Shown: piece by piece, positions 1 through 10,171 of the stretch
Layout: each line of letters opens with the position of its first letter
Numbering within the stretch: position 1 is the first letter of the stretch
Origin: Minisyncoccota bacterium
GTDB lineage: Bacteria > Patescibacteriota > Minisyncoccia > Phycocordibacterales > GWA1-40-21
Assembly (NCBI GenBank): GCA_041663045.1
Contig: JBAZRH010000001.1
Coordinates: 276,403 to 340,402, forward strand
Reading direction: 5' to 3'
DNA: 64,000 nt
Notes under the pieces: model-generated
Seen by the model: only the letters and a program-made list of their open reading frames with translations
Told to the model about the DNA's origin: nothing
The model's database searches: none
Translations under genes and position numbers: made by a program

Positions 1-410
1 GTGGTGGTAGATACGACGATTTGCTCGATATATTCGGCAAAGAGAAAGTGCCGGCAGTCGGCTTTGGTATGGGAGACGTGGTGATCCGAGATGTATTGGA
101 AACATTTAAGCTTTTGCCAGAAATAAAAGCTGTCGCCGATTTATATATCTGCACATTCAATGATGATTCTATCGGCTATGCACAAGACTTGGCACAGAAA
201 TTGAGAAATAGCGGTCTCAAGGTTTCCGTAGATTATTCAAATAAAAAAGTTGGTGATCAAATAAAATACGCGGATAAAAATAAAATCCCTTATATTGTTT
301 GTATTGGAGATGAGGAAGTAAAGACTGGTAAATTGAAATTGAAAGAGCTAAAAACCGGAAACGAAGTCCAAACAACTGATTCTGATATTACCAAGGAAAT
401 GAAAAGATAA
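1..410 (+). CDS. hisS: histidine--tRNA ligase, C-terminal part (5' end outside window)
   Basis: GGRYDDL...PAVGFGMG class II motif 3 followed by HGTP anticodon-binding domain (KKVGDQIKYADK...IPY). Confidence 0.93.
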   Translation, partial: GGRYDDLLDIFGKEKVPAVGFGMGDVVIRDVLETFKLLPEIKAVADLYICTFNDDSIGYAQDLAQKLRNSGLKVSVDYSNKKVGDQIKYADKNKIPYIVCIGDEEVKTGKLKLKELKTGNEVQTTDSDITKEMKR

Positions 411-417
411 TTAAATT

Positions 418-810
418 ATGATAATTGATCATGCAAACCTTTGGAAAGAAGGAAAATATATTGATATGTGGTCTGTCCCCCACGTCTTATGCGGGGTTAT
501 CTTTGCAGGCATATTAAATTGGCTTGGAATTGGTTTTTTGTCGAACCTAATCCTTTCTACGATAATAATGATCGGTTGGGAATTTTTTGAACTCTACGTT
601 TTAAATGTCCATGAATATATAACAAATAAAATAATGGATGTCGTAACAGGGCTTATCGGTTTTTTTATTATGTATTCATCAATATCAAGATATGGTATAA
701 AAGCTATGCTTCCTTGGCTAATAGTTACCATAATAATCTGGCTTATCTTGAATTATTGGGGTTTTTACGCCCACAAGACAAGAGTTGATAGTGAAAATAT
801 TGTATCATGA
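418..810 (+). CDS. hypothetical membrane protein
   Basis: 130 aa, 4 hydrophobic segments, D-x-WS-x-x-H and WEFFE motifs; overlaps next start (ATGA). Confidence 0.8.
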   Translation: MIIDHANLWKEGKYIDMWSVPHVLCGVIFAGILNWLGIGFLSNLILSTIIMIGWEFFELYVLNVHEYITNKIMDVVTGLIGFFIMYSSISRYGIKAMLPWLIVTIIIWLILNYWGFYAHKTRVDSENIVS

Positions 811-1379
811 GAAAAATAGTCTTTGACATTGAAACAGATGGAATAATCACAACCGTCGGCACAAAACAGGTCTTCCCAAATATGTATGTGGTTTGTATTT
901 ACGATTCATTGACCGACAAGTTTTCTAGCTATACAAAGGAGCAACTCAAAGATCTTTGGCCGATTTTGGAAAAAGCAGATCTGCTTATCGGCTACAATAG
1001 TGACAGTTTTGATATACCCATACTGAATAAATATTATTCCGGAGATTTGACCAAAATCGCAAGTCTGGATCTGCTTTCGGAGATCAAAAAGTCTATCGGC
1101 AGAAGAATCAAGCTCGATAATGTCGCTGAAGCGACACTCGGTAGAAATAAAACTGCTCACGGACTTCAAGCGACAGAGTGGTGGAAACAAGGCAAATATC
1201 AAGATGTTATAGACTATTGTATTGAAGATGTGAGAATTACAAAAGATATTTACGAATTTGCTCTGAAAAATGGTTTTCTAAAATACAAAGATATTAAGGA
1301 TATAAAAGAGATAAAGCTCGACACTTCAAAATGGCATGATAAGAAAGACTCCGCACTGACTTTTACATTGCCATTTTAA
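807..1379 (+). CDS. RNase H-like / DEDD 3'-5' exonuclease family protein (YprB-like)
   Basis: VFDIET, GYNSDSFDIP, YCIEDV exonuclease motifs. Confidence 0.85.
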   Translation: MRKIVFDIETDGIITTVGTKQVFPNMYVVCIYDSLTDKFSSYTKEQLKDLWPILEKADLLIGYNSDSFDIPILNKYYSGDLTKIASLDLLSEIKKSIGRRIKLDNVAEATLGRNKTAHGLQATEWWKQGKYQDVIDYCIEDVRITKDIYEFALKNGFLKYKDIKDIKEIKLDTSKWHDKKDSALTFTLPF

Positions 1380-1395
1380 TGCTACTGTGCCATCC

Positions 1396-1574
1396 GGTGA
1401 ACGAAAACTTGCCTAAAATTTTTGCTAGGGGTGGCAACCTGTTCTTTTTGAAAAGACTTGGGAGGAGTGGCTGACGACGGACAGAGAAAAACTTTAGCAA
1501 AAGTTTTTCGTGCTTTTCAAAAAGAATAGGTTGACAGGACCCCGAGAAAATTTTAGGCAAGTCCGAGTGAGCTT
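1396..1574 (+). repeat. structured intergenic element, subfamily A (GACG/AGCA core)
   Basis: ACTTGCCTAAAATTTT/AAAATTTTAGGCAAGT closing stem, CGAGTGAGCTT end, internal similarity to 25027-25207; abuts mltG TAA. Confidence 0.85.
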
Positions 1575-2570
1575 TTATTTAAGATATTTCTCCTTATTAG
1601 CCACATGCCCATCGTGCGTGACTGCATAATGCATAATGCCACTGCTATCAGCTAAGAAATATAAATACGGGGTCTTAATCGGAGTAATGGCGGCCTGTAT
1701 TGCCAAAAGTCCTGGATTTGAAATAGGGGTTGGTGGAAGACCTTTATTGGTATAAGAGTTATATGGTGAATCTATTTTTAAATCATCAAGTGTTAGCATC
1801 TTTGATGTCTTGCCATTTATATATTTAAAAGACACATCAACCTGTAAAGGCATTCCGAGAGAAATTCTCCTCCACAAAATACCAGCTATGGTGCGACGTG
1901 TTTCTATAGTCCTAGCTTCCCCTTCAAGAATAGATGCCATTTTGACGACATCAGAAAGCGGTTTACCGAAAGATTTAATCTCGGTATTAAGTGCTTTAAT
2001 CTTTTCATCGAAGTTTTCTATCATCATATCGACTACCTTATTTTCTTTCGTACCGGGAGCTATAAGATATGTGTCGGGGAAAAGATACCCTTCATATTTT
2101 GTAGCATATTTCAAGAATTCTTTTTTATCAAAAGTCTGTAAATTCTTATAAAGCAAGTCTGCTACTTGATAATTATTTAATCCTTCCGGAATAGTTATCC
2201 TCATTGGAGATATTTTTGTATCTCCATGTGCGAATCTCCACGCTAAAGCCACAACGTTTTGTGCATTCGGCATTGCATAATCCCCCTCTAGAATCCTAGA
2301 ATTACCTGAAATGACAAATACTAGCCCTTTAAATAAAAATTCTGATTTTATAATATGCTTCGAAGATAAATCGCTTGCAAGAGAAGAAAGTGTTTGCCCA
2401 ACCTTGAGGTCATAGATTAAACCTTTAGGAAAATCCCTCGGCGAAGAAAGAAAAGATATGTAAAAGATTATAAAAAAAAGAGCCACAACAGATCCAGTCA
2501 GAAATACAAGACGCCTCTTCAAGAGAGGGTCTTTGTAAAGTTTTATTTCTCTTAGAAAATCGTAATGCAT
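1575..2570 (-). CDS. mltG: endolytic transglycosylase MltG
   Basis: N-terminal TM, ITIPEG, EGYLFPDTY, ASILEGE, SPYNSY..GLPPTPISNPG. Confidence 0.95.
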   Translation of the reverse strand: MHYDFLREIKLYKDPLLKRRLVFLTGSVVALFFIIFYISFLSSPRDFPKGLIYDLKVGQTLSSLASDLSSKHIIKSEFLFKGLVFVISGNSRILEGDYAMPNAQNVVALAWRFAHGDTKISPMRITIPEGLNNYQVADLLYKNLQTFDKKEFLKYATKYEGYLFPDTYLIAPGTKENKVVDMMIENFDEKIKALNTEIKSFGKPLSDVVKMASILEGEARTIETRRTIAGILWRRISLGMPLQVDVSFKYINGKTSKMLTLDDLKIDSPYNSYTNKGLPPTPISNPGLLAIQAAITPIKTPYLYFLADSSGIMHYAVTHDGHVANKEKYLK

Positions 2571-2572
2571 TT

Positions 2573-3853
2573 TTAAATCGGCAAGTTGGCTGGAGCTTCT
2601 GATTTCTTGGAAGGAACCCTAGTGAGTGTTGGTGTCTGCGAAACAATACCGCTTGGAAAATGAAACACTGTGGCGAGTTCTTCGGTGGTTAAGACAAAGG
2701 GCTTGGAACCACCGAGATGTTTATAAGGCCATTCAAAAAACGAACGAAGCTTGTATGCATGTAACAGATCTCTCTTTAATCGGCTTACTTTTCTGGCTTC
2801 CATAGCCTTTAGGAAAGGTAAAACAGTTAAGACATCCTTCCACACGTCACTTGTACCTGTATTATGACTTGTACCGAAACGATTTAAAAGATTTGAACCA
2901 TATTGCCTAAGACATCCTGTAAGACCACTAATATTTGCTGGGGTGAAAGAGGCTTTTTCTGCGATATAGACACTTCTTATCATACAATCAAAAGCCATTT
3001 TCCCTTTACTTCTCTCTAGAGCTGCAATTATTTCATTTTGACCCTTTGTAGGATTTGGAAATCTAAACTTATTTTCTTCATCTCCAGAGCCTTGCATAGC
3101 AGATTCTCTAACTTTCTTTATCTCTTTATCTATATCCTTTACCCACTCTCGTTCTTTCGTGAGCCTTCCATGAAAGAGTGTTTCTTCTTCATGCTTTTGA
3201 ATCAATATCTGCAACCAGGCGTATTCCCCTTTCTTTAAAGTACCCATATACTCAACAATCGGTGTCAAAGGGTCTATCTTGTATTCTTCCTCTTGATCTT
3301 TGTCTAAACCATAGTCAATGTAAGTTTTAATGGGATAAGCATCCGGTTTAGAAAGTCTATGTTGTCTTCCAAACATAGGGTACTTCTCTTCATCGAAAAA
3401 GACTTTATTAGTATAGTCTTCTTTTACCTCATATATTTCAATATTCGGATATTGCGCATAAAGCTGGGCTTCAATAATATTCTTAAATTTTGCTTGGCTC
3501 ATCCAAATATAGAAATGTACCGCCCCCCCCAAAGATACGATTTCACAACTAAAACAAGGTCTTGTTTTACCTTCTAAATAAGTCTGTGTAAGATTTTCAG
3601 ATCCTGCTCTTTGAAGGTATGTAAAAAAGATTTCCATAGCAGCGGGAGATTTCATAATTTCCTTAGGTAATTTGATCTCCAATAAACAGCTTTTCTGCTT
3701 TTCAATGAAGACTAATTTGATCCACCTAAATCGTAAAATCCAAAAAGCACAAAATAGCATAATGGGCATTGCTATAGGCAAGACAATAAGTATAACTTTA
3801 AAAGTTAGAGGGAAAAGTTTAGTACCTATGCCGTAAAAAAATGTGCTCCACAT
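2573..3853 (-). CDS. conserved hypothetical membrane-anchored protein (resembles N-terminal region of CPR coupling-protein-like ATPases)
   Basis: 426 aa; LLEIKLPKE, AQYPNIEI..V.EDY, YPIKTY, LTTEELATVFHFP, EAPANLP. Confidence 0.7.
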   Translation of the reverse strand: MWSTFFYGIGTKLFPLTFKVILIVLPIAMPIMLFCAFWILRFRWIKLVFIEKQKSCLLEIKLPKEIMKSPAAMEIFFTYLQRAGSENLTQTYLEGKTRPCFSCEIVSLGGAVHFYIWMSQAKFKNIIEAQLYAQYPNIEIYEVKEDYTNKVFFDEEKYPMFGRQHRLSKPDAYPIKTYIDYGLDKDQEEEYKIDPLTPIVEYMGTLKKGEYAWLQILIQKHEEETLFHGRLTKEREWVKDIDKEIKKVRESAMQGSGDEENKFRFPNPTKGQNEIIAALERSKGKMAFDCMIRSVYIAEKASFTPANISGLTGCLRQYGSNLLNRFGTSHNTGTSDVWKDVLTVLPFLKAMEARKVSRLKRDLLHAYKLRSFFEWPYKHLGGSKPFVLTTEELATVFHFPSGIVSQTPTLTRVPSKKSEAPANLPI

Positions 3854-3883
3854 TGTAAATATATTATAACAAAATATTAATAC

Positions 3884-3930
3884 AAAAGAAAAGGGGGCGT
3901 CCGCCTGAAGCGGACGCCCCCTTTTCTTTT
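3884..3930 (-). terminator. bidirectional intrinsic terminator
   Basis: AAAAGAAAAGGGGGCGTCCGC-CTGAA-GCGGACGCCCCCTTTTCTTTT. Confidence 0.85.
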
Positions 3931-3939
3931 AATTATCCT

Positions 3940-4974
3940 TTATTTTACTACCTCGTATTTTCCGTCTTTATTTTTCTTGAAATACTTCTTATTCTGCAGA
4001 TTGATAACTATCGTATTTTCCTTGACATATCTCTCTTTCAAAACTTTCTCTATAATCTCCTGCTTTGTAAGAGGGCCGCTTTTCTCCAGAATCTTCTTAA
4101 TAACATCTTTGACAACACCGCTCATATAACCCCATTCTGCAAGAGCATATAAACCTCTGCCTACAAGTACAAATCTAGGGTCTTTAATAAGTTCATTGTG
4201 AGTTGTGGCGACATGGGCTTTCTTATTAAATACTGTTGCTATGGCTTTTGCTACTTCTCTAAAGTGTATTGGTGAACCATGTTTCCTAATGACAAGATAT
4301 GCATAGTCTCTCATACCCTTTGTGCTAATATTTGGAGATTCTGATCTACCCCATTCACCCAAAGGGTTTTTTCCAACCTTCTTTGAAAGGGCAAGCCATC
4401 TTTTCGCGATTTCTTCTGATCTATATTGTTCAGCAACATCTTCCACATAACCCAAGAAAGATTTTATCATTTCTTGTTCTGTAACAAGTTCATTATCTTT
4501 CAAACTTTCATACAACTTCTTTAGAGAGTTGTGAATTTTATCTGCAAGTTGTTCGTCAATAAACCACCTGTGTTTAAAATCTTCGTCTTCCTTAATCTTC
4601 TTAAACGGATGTCCAACAACAAGAATAAAGTTCAAGTGGCTTTGAGTGCTTAGATCTTTCGAAACAAAATCGAGAAGATCTTGCTCCACAACTATTCCAC
4701 CGAGGTTATGAATAATCTTCTCTATTTCATCAAATGATGGTTTTTCGTCAGTATAGTTTTTAGATTTTCTTATGATGTTTAGAGCGTGATTTTCTATTTG
4801 TCTCACCCTTTCTCTTGTAATACCATAGGTCTTACCTATTGCATCTAGAGTCATCGGCTCAGGATTTTTCCCGAGACCATATCTCTTTGTAATAACGTCT
4901 CTTGATCTCTCTGGAAGAGCCAAAAGCAACTTCTTAGAAACCTGTTTCGGTTTAAAACTTATTGTTGTTGACAT
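3940..4974 (-). CDS. sigma-70 region 4 HTH plus C-terminal winged-helix (HARE-HTH / RNAP delta-like) protein
   Basis: RYGL...MTLDAIGKTYGITRERVRQIENHAL; C-terminal HNELIKDPRFVLVGRGLYAL; start set at MSTT. Confidence 0.85.
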   Translation of the reverse strand: MSTTISFKPKQVSKKLLLALPERSRDVITKRYGLGKNPEPMTLDAIGKTYGITRERVRQIENHALNIIRKSKNYTDEKPSFDEIEKIIHNLGGIVVEQDLLDFVSKDLSTQSHLNFILVVGHPFKKIKEDEDFKHRWFIDEQLADKIHNSLKKLYESLKDNELVTEQEMIKSFLGYVEDVAEQYRSEEIAKRWLALSKKVGKNPLGEWGRSESPNISTKGMRDYAYLVIRKHGSPIHFREVAKAIATVFNKKAHVATTHNELIKDPRFVLVGRGLYALAEWGYMSGVVKDVIKKILEKSGPLTKQEIIEKVLKERYVKENTIVINLQNKKYFKKNKDGKYEVVK

Positions 4975-5064
4975 GCTATTAATATTTATTAAAACTGATA
5001 TTGACGAATATCGTACAAAGCATACTATCACCGATGCAGAATAAAGTCAAATGGGTATTGACTT

Positions 5065-7935
5065 TTAAATTACAAAGTTGATTATTTTGTTTTTTACGAA
5101 GATAGTCTTCAGTATTTTCTGACCGGAGAGCCACTTGACTATATCTTGATTTGCTAATGCCTCCTTTCTAACATCTTCTTCGGAAACATCGCTTGACATG
5201 GGAAGCGTTGCTCGGACTTTACCATTTATTTGTACTACTATTTTCACTTTTGCTGATTTTATTTTGGCTTCATCATATTTTGGCCAAGGTTCCACTGCAA
5301 GAAGCTTTTTATTGCCAAGATTAGCCCATACTTCCTCGCACAAGTGCGGAGCAAATGGCGAAAGGATTTTGATAAAAGCCAGATAAGTTTCCTCATCAAT
5401 TTTTTCTTGAGCCTCTAAATGGTTTACAAATATCATCATCGCGGACACGGCGGTATTTGCATTAAACGATTCTATATCTTCCGTAACTTTTTTAATTGTC
5501 TTGTGTAAGAGTGATTGGGTGTCATTTGAATCAATAGTCTTGTCTGAGATTTTCTCCTGTAATTTCCAAACTCTTTCCAAAAATCTTCTTGAACCCACCA
5601 TACTATCTGTACTCCAAGAAATTTCCTGCTCAAAAGGCCCCATGAAGGATTCATAGATTCTCAAAGTATCGGCACCGACATTTTTCACTACTTCATCCGG
5701 ATTTACAACATTGCCATATCTCTTACCCATTTTCCTACCATCGGAACCAAGTATCATACCTTGATTGCGAAGCTGTTTGAAAGGTTCTTTTGTACTTACA
5801 ATACCGATATCATAAAGGAATTTATGCCAGAAACGAGCGTAGATAAGATGTCTTGTAGCATGCTCGGCCCCTCCAACATACATATCCACTGGAGACCAGT
5901 ATTTCTCTTTTTTGGGATCAATCAAAGCTTTACTATTCTTCGTATCCATATATCGGAGATAATACCAAGATGATCCTGCCCATTGAGGCATTGTATTTGT
6001 TTCCCTTTTCGCTTTTTCTCCGCATTTCGGACATTTTGTATTTACCCATTTTGAAATAGCAGCGAGAGGCGATTCTCCTGTGCCTGTCGGTTCATATGAC
6101 TTAACTTTTGGAAGCTTGAGTGGCAAATCTTTTTCTGGGACAGGGACAGCTCCGCATTTCTCACAATGCACCACGGGGATAGGCTCGCCCCAATATCTCT
6201 GTCTTGAGAAAACCCAATCTTGAAGTTTATAATTTTTCGTCATCTTTCCACCGGCAAATTCGGTAATCTCTTTCATTATTTCGGTATTTTTTTTGCCGTC
6301 AAATTTTCCAGAGTTTATCATCACGCCGTCATTTGTATAGGCTATATCTCCCTTTTCTAATCTCTCTAGCCAAATATCCATTTCTGCATGATTCAAAGTG
6401 CCGATAACTATATCTTTCACATTCATCCAAATCACTTCATGCTTTTCCTTCTCTTCCTCGGACATCTCATCTCTCTCTTCGTCTTTCAAATCAAAGCAAA
6501 TGGCGTTTGTATATGCAATTCTGTTTTCATCTTTATGCGCTGCAAAATATTCTGCACGGACTTGTCCACCCAAGACTTTTGGATTGACAAGGTTTTTATA
6601 ACCAGTCTCTTCCCAAGCCTCTCTTCTTGCTGCATCTATAATATTTTCACCTTCATCTACTCCTCCCATTGGAAAAGTCGTCCATGGTTGCTTTTTCCAT
6701 TTCAAGCAAATGATCTTACCGTCTTTAGGATTGCGAATAATTACATGCACGTTTCTCCTTTCAACACTTTTCTTTCCTGCGACTGGTGGATTTCTCTTAT
6801 CAATTCTCTCTGGGATAATCACCTCTTTTATCGGTAAATTATATTTCTTGGCAAAAGCAAAATCGCGGTCGTCGTGTGCGGGCACTGCCATCACGCAACC
6901 TGTACCATAGTTGGCTAAAACATAGTCTGCAATAAATACCGGCACTTTTTCGCCGTTGACTGGATTAATAGCTAATATTCCGCCGAGCTTCACGCCGGTC
7001 TTTTCTTTACCTTCGGCAGTTCTGTCTATTTCACTTTTATTTTTTATTTCTTTTCTGTATTTTTCTACTTCAGCCCAATTTGATATGTGAGATTTATATT
7101 CGTCTACTATCTTATGCTCTGGGGCAATGACGACATAAGATAAGCCAAATAAAGTGTCCGGTCTTGTTGTGAATACCTTTATTTCTCCGATCTCTTTCTT
7201 AAATCTTGAATCATGAATCTTGAATCCTATCTCTGAGCCTTCCGAACGCCCTATCCAATTCTTCTGAAGCTCTTTGATATGCGTAGGCCAATTCAGTGCA
7301 TCAAGATCGTCCAAAAGTCTATCGGCATAATCACGGATTTTGAGCACCCATTGTCGCATCGGTTTTTTTTCTATTGTCGTCCCGCATCTTTCACATTTAT
7401 CACCGTCCAGATCTTCATTTGCCAAACCGGTCTTACAAGATGGGCACCAATTTATCGGCTCATAACTTTCATAAGCCAAACCTTTTTTGAAAAGCTGTAA
7501 GAAAATCCATTGCGTCCATTTATAATACTTTGGATCAGTGGTATTTATCTCGCGAGACCAATCGTAATTCAAACCCATTATTGAAATCTGTTCTTTAAAT
7601 CTTTTTACATTTTTCTTTACGGCAATTTCGGGATTGATTTTCATCTTCATCGCGTACTGCTCCGCAGGCAAGCCAAAAGCGTCCCAGCCCATAGGGTGAA
7701 GCACATTAAAACCGTTCATCTTTTTGAATCTTGAGTAAATATCGGTAGCTATATATCCGCGAGGATGCCCAACATGAAGCCCTTCGCCAGATGGATATGG
7801 GAACATATCCAATACATAGAATTTCGGTTTATTCGAAGTATCTTCCGTCTTAAAGGTCTTTTTGTTTGCCCAAATTTTCTGCCATTTCTTTTCAATTTCT
7901 GAATGATTATAAATGTTTACCTTTTTTGATTTCAT
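5065..7935 (-). CDS. leuS: leucine--tRNA ligase with internal NUDIX domain
   Basis: MFPYPSGEGLHVGH, FTTRPDT editing domain, DWVFSRQRYWGEPIP, KMGKR; Nudix box GGVDEGENIIDAARREAWEETG. Confidence 0.97.
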   Translation of the reverse strand: MKSKKVNIYNHSEIEKKWQKIWANKKTFKTEDTSNKPKFYVLDMFPYPSGEGLHVGHPRGYIATDIYSRFKKMNGFNVLHPMGWDAFGLPAEQYAMKMKINPEIAVKKNVKRFKEQISIMGLNYDWSREINTTDPKYYKWTQWIFLQLFKKGLAYESYEPINWCPSCKTGLANEDLDGDKCERCGTTIEKKPMRQWVLKIRDYADRLLDDLDALNWPTHIKELQKNWIGRSEGSEIGFKIHDSRFKKEIGEIKVFTTRPDTLFGLSYVVIAPEHKIVDEYKSHISNWAEVEKYRKEIKNKSEIDRTAEGKEKTGVKLGGILAINPVNGEKVPVFIADYVLANYGTGCVMAVPAHDDRDFAFAKKYNLPIKEVIIPERIDKRNPPVAGKKSVERRNVHVIIRNPKDGKIICLKWKKQPWTTFPMGGVDEGENIIDAARREAWEETGYKNLVNPKVLGGQVRAEYFAAHKDENRIAYTNAICFDLKDEERDEMSEEEKEKHEVIWMNVKDIVIGTLNHAEMDIWLERLEKGDIAYTNDGVMINSGKFDGKKNTEIMKEITEFAGGKMTKNYKLQDWVFSRQRYWGEPIPVVHCEKCGAVPVPEKDLPLKLPKVKSYEPTGTGESPLAAISKWVNTKCPKCGEKAKRETNTMPQWAGSSWYYLRYMDTKNSKALIDPKKEKYWSPVDMYVGGAEHATRHLIYARFWHKFLYDIGIVSTKEPFKQLRNQGMILGSDGRKMGKRYGNVVNPDEVVKNVGADTLRIYESFMGPFEQEISWSTDSMVGSRRFLERVWKLQEKISDKTIDSNDTQSLLHKTIKKVTEDIESFNANTAVSAMMIFVNHLEAQEKIDEETYLAFIKILSPFAPHLCEEVWANLGNKKLLAVEPWPKYDEAKIKSAKVKIVVQINGKVRATLPMSSDVSEEDVRKEALANQDIVKWLSGQKILKTIFVKNKIINFVI

Positions 7936-8027
7936 CCTGAAATAATACAGTATAATATGATTTTACAAAAGTGCTTGACATTCCAAATATATTCTGTAAT
8001 ATTATAGATGGGAAGGAGTTCGTTGTT

Positions 8028-8204
8028 ATGAATGCAAATACACAAGAACTTGAGAATTTGTTCCGAGAAATCGCTGTGATACTCAGTACGAGTGTCGAGG
8101 CGGTAAAGGCTTTCTTTGCGGATGCAGAGAAAGTCAGTGATGAAGAATTGGTTAAATTGAAAAACAAAAGGAGGAAACGTCATGTACGAGATCACACTGC
8201 TTAG
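8028..8204 (+). CDS. hypothetical protein (cassette gene 1)
   Basis: TTGACA at 7975, AAGGAG SD upstream of ATG. Confidence 0.6.
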   Translation: MNANTQELENLFREIAVILSTSVEAVKAFFADAEKVSDEELVKLKNKRRKRHVRDHTA

Positions 8205-8343
8205 GATCACAAAGTGGGGATTTGGATTCTTTGAAGTCGCCGAAGTAACGGAGGGGTCCAATAGGGCTTTCTTCTTTATATCAATCAACAGGGCGTACGG
8301 TCTTCAAGTCTGTCTCCTGTGGTTGAACAGGTATGAAAGATAG
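8182..8343 (+). CDS. 53-aa hypothetical protein (cassette gene 2; not in ORF track)
   Basis: AGGAGG SD before ATG 8182; MYEITLLRITKWGFGFFEV...; terminator follows. Confidence 0.6.
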   Translation: MYEITLLRITKWGFGFFEVAEVTEGSNRAFFFISINRAYGLQVCLLWLNRYER

Positions 8344-8349
8344 GCTGAC

Positions 8350-8384
8350 TCAGCCGGCACAGATATAGTGCCGGCTGATTTTTA
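8350..8384 (+). terminator. intrinsic terminator
   Basis: CAGCCGGCAC-AGATATA-GTGCCGGCTG followed by T tract. Confidence 0.8.
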
Positions 8385-9440
8385 TTCCTCTATCTCCGGC
8401 TTCGATACCTCCAAAAGCTCAATATCCGATTCTTTTCCTGTAATTCTTACCACGTCTTTATCTATCTTTTTAAATTCTTTATTTGAATTATTGAAATGAT
8501 TTACAGTGGTCGCAAGAGCATTTCCAAGCTTGCCCTGATATTCTTCATAGCTTTTCAAATGTTTCTGTAAACCTTCCACATTTTTGCGAATCTCTTTTGC
8601 TGACTCCTCTATCTGCATCGCCTTGAGCCCTTGCAGAACGGTCTGCAGATATGCAAGGAATGATGTCGGCGAAACAATGATAACTTTATATTTATTGGCA
8701 GCTCTTTGTATCAGATTGTCCGTCTCTTCCGTTATCGCGCCTATCTTATTGACCAACAAATCATAATAAATCGCTTCATGCGGAATAAACATAAAAGCGA
8801 AGTCCATTGTCCCCTCTTTCGGACGAATATATTTTGAAGTCTCCTGAATACGCAATTTTAAATCATTTACAAAAGCCTTCTCCAATTTTTCTTTTTCTTG
8901 AGGATTCTGCTCCACGCTCAATTTATTATAATTTTCTAAAGAAAACTTTGAATCAACAGGAATTATTTTATCTTTTATAAAAACAGCTGCATCCACTATC
9001 TCGCCATTGGCAAATGCATATTGCATTTTATATTGTGTCGGCGCTAAAACATTTTGCAATAAAGTCTCCAAATAATATTCACCGAGAATTCCACGGTGCT
9101 TCGGATTCTTCAAAATATCCTGAAGCGATTGAAGCTGATCGGCAAAAGAGACAACTTGCTTATTAGTCTCATCTAGCTTGGTAAGACCCTGGGTAACATC
9201 GCGGATAAGCTTGGCTGACTCGCTGAATTGATTGCGGACTGATTCATTCATATGGCGGGTGGTCTCGCTCATCTTGGTATCTACTGTGCGATTGAGCTCA
9301 TTGATCTGCTCAAGGATAAGCTTGAGGCCAATATCTTCGCCTTTCTGCTCAACCTTGCCAGCACCTCTTATGGACACAATAAGCCAAACAAGTAGCGCGA
9401 TAATTATTACAAATAAGATAACTAAAATTGTTGATGGCAT
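8382..9440 (-). CDS. rmuC: DNA recombination protein RmuC
   Basis: RGILGEYYLE, IPVDSKF, TMDFAFMFIP.E, IVSPT. Confidence 0.93.
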   Translation of the reverse strand: MPSTILVILFVIIIALLVWLIVSIRGAGKVEQKGEDIGLKLILEQINELNRTVDTKMSETTRHMNESVRNQFSESAKLIRDVTQGLTKLDETNKQVVSFADQLQSLQDILKNPKHRGILGEYYLETLLQNVLAPTQYKMQYAFANGEIVDAAVFIKDKIIPVDSKFSLENYNKLSVEQNPQEKEKLEKAFVNDLKLRIQETSKYIRPKEGTMDFAFMFIPHEAIYYDLLVNKIGAITEETDNLIQRAANKYKVIIVSPTSFLAYLQTVLQGLKAMQIEESAKEIRKNVEGLQKHLKSYEEYQGKLGNALATTVNHFNNSNKEFKKIDKDVVRITGKESDIELLEVSKPEIEE

Positions 9441-9497
9441 ACAAGTATTATATCATTCGTGGCTAAAAATAAAAAATGTGATAATATGTCGAGTATG

Positions 9498-9947
9498 AGT
9501 ATACATAAAATAATTAAAGACGGAATAAAAGAAGCGATGTTGAAAAAAGATGTATTAAGGCTTACGGTGCTTCGCGGAGTATCTTCTGCCTTTACAAACG
9601 AAATAATCGCAAAAGACATAAAAGGAGATGAATTGGGAGATGAAGAAGCTCTTGCAGTTATACGAAGACTCGTAAAACAGAGAAAAGACTCTATCGAACA
9701 ATTTACAAAAGGTGGCAGACCAGAGCTTGCAAAAGCTGAAGAAGCCGAGATGAAAATACTTGAAGCTTTCTTGCCACAAATGATGAGTGAGGATGAAGTG
9801 AGAAAAGTTGTGGAAGCGAAAATCGCTTCTGCCGGAAATGTGGATAAAACAAAAATCGGACAATTTATCGGCTCCGTGATGAAAGAACTTAAGGGGAAGG
9901 CGGATGGAGCAGTGGTGAAAAAGGTTGTTGAGGAATTGGTGAAATAA
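9498..9947 (+). CDS. GatB/YqeY domain protein
   Basis: IKEAML.KD..RL, KQRKDSIEQF.KGGR.EL, FLPQMMSE, GKADG; start uncertain. Confidence 0.9.
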   Translation, partial: SIHKIIKDGIKEAMLKKDVLRLTVLRGVSSAFTNEIIAKDIKGDELGDEEALAVIRRLVKQRKDSIEQFTKGGRPELAKAEEAEMKILEAFLPQMMSEDEVRKVVEAKIASAGNVDKTKIGQFIGSVMKELKGKADGAVVKKVVEELVK

Positions 9948-10045
9948 AAGCTCCCTCCCATCACTATTTTCCACCAGTGTGCCTTCATCCCGAAGAAAAT
10001 CATAATCGCTGTTCTATACGAAAAATCCCAGAGTCGCTCCCGCAC
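9948..10045 (-). repeat. partial structured element, subfamily C
   Basis: AAGCTCCCTCC...CACCAGTGTGCCTTCA...TCGCTGTTCTATACGAAAAATC matches 42128-42210; begins right after yqeY TAA. Confidence 0.85.
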
Positions 10046-10171
10046 CTCCCGCCCGTGAGGTTTTTCTGTTCAATTCCTTGATATGTTTTGTGGTTTGACA
10101 ATCGATATACGACTCTGGTATAATACACCCAGACAAGTTTTCCTGGTTTTCAAAGTGATCGGAGGATTATT

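Noticed and set aside
1471-1492. CTGACGA...GAAA resembling a hammerhead ribozyme core
   Set aside because: No stem II between the motifs and the pattern is not conserved in sibling copies; it belongs to the GACG hairpin.
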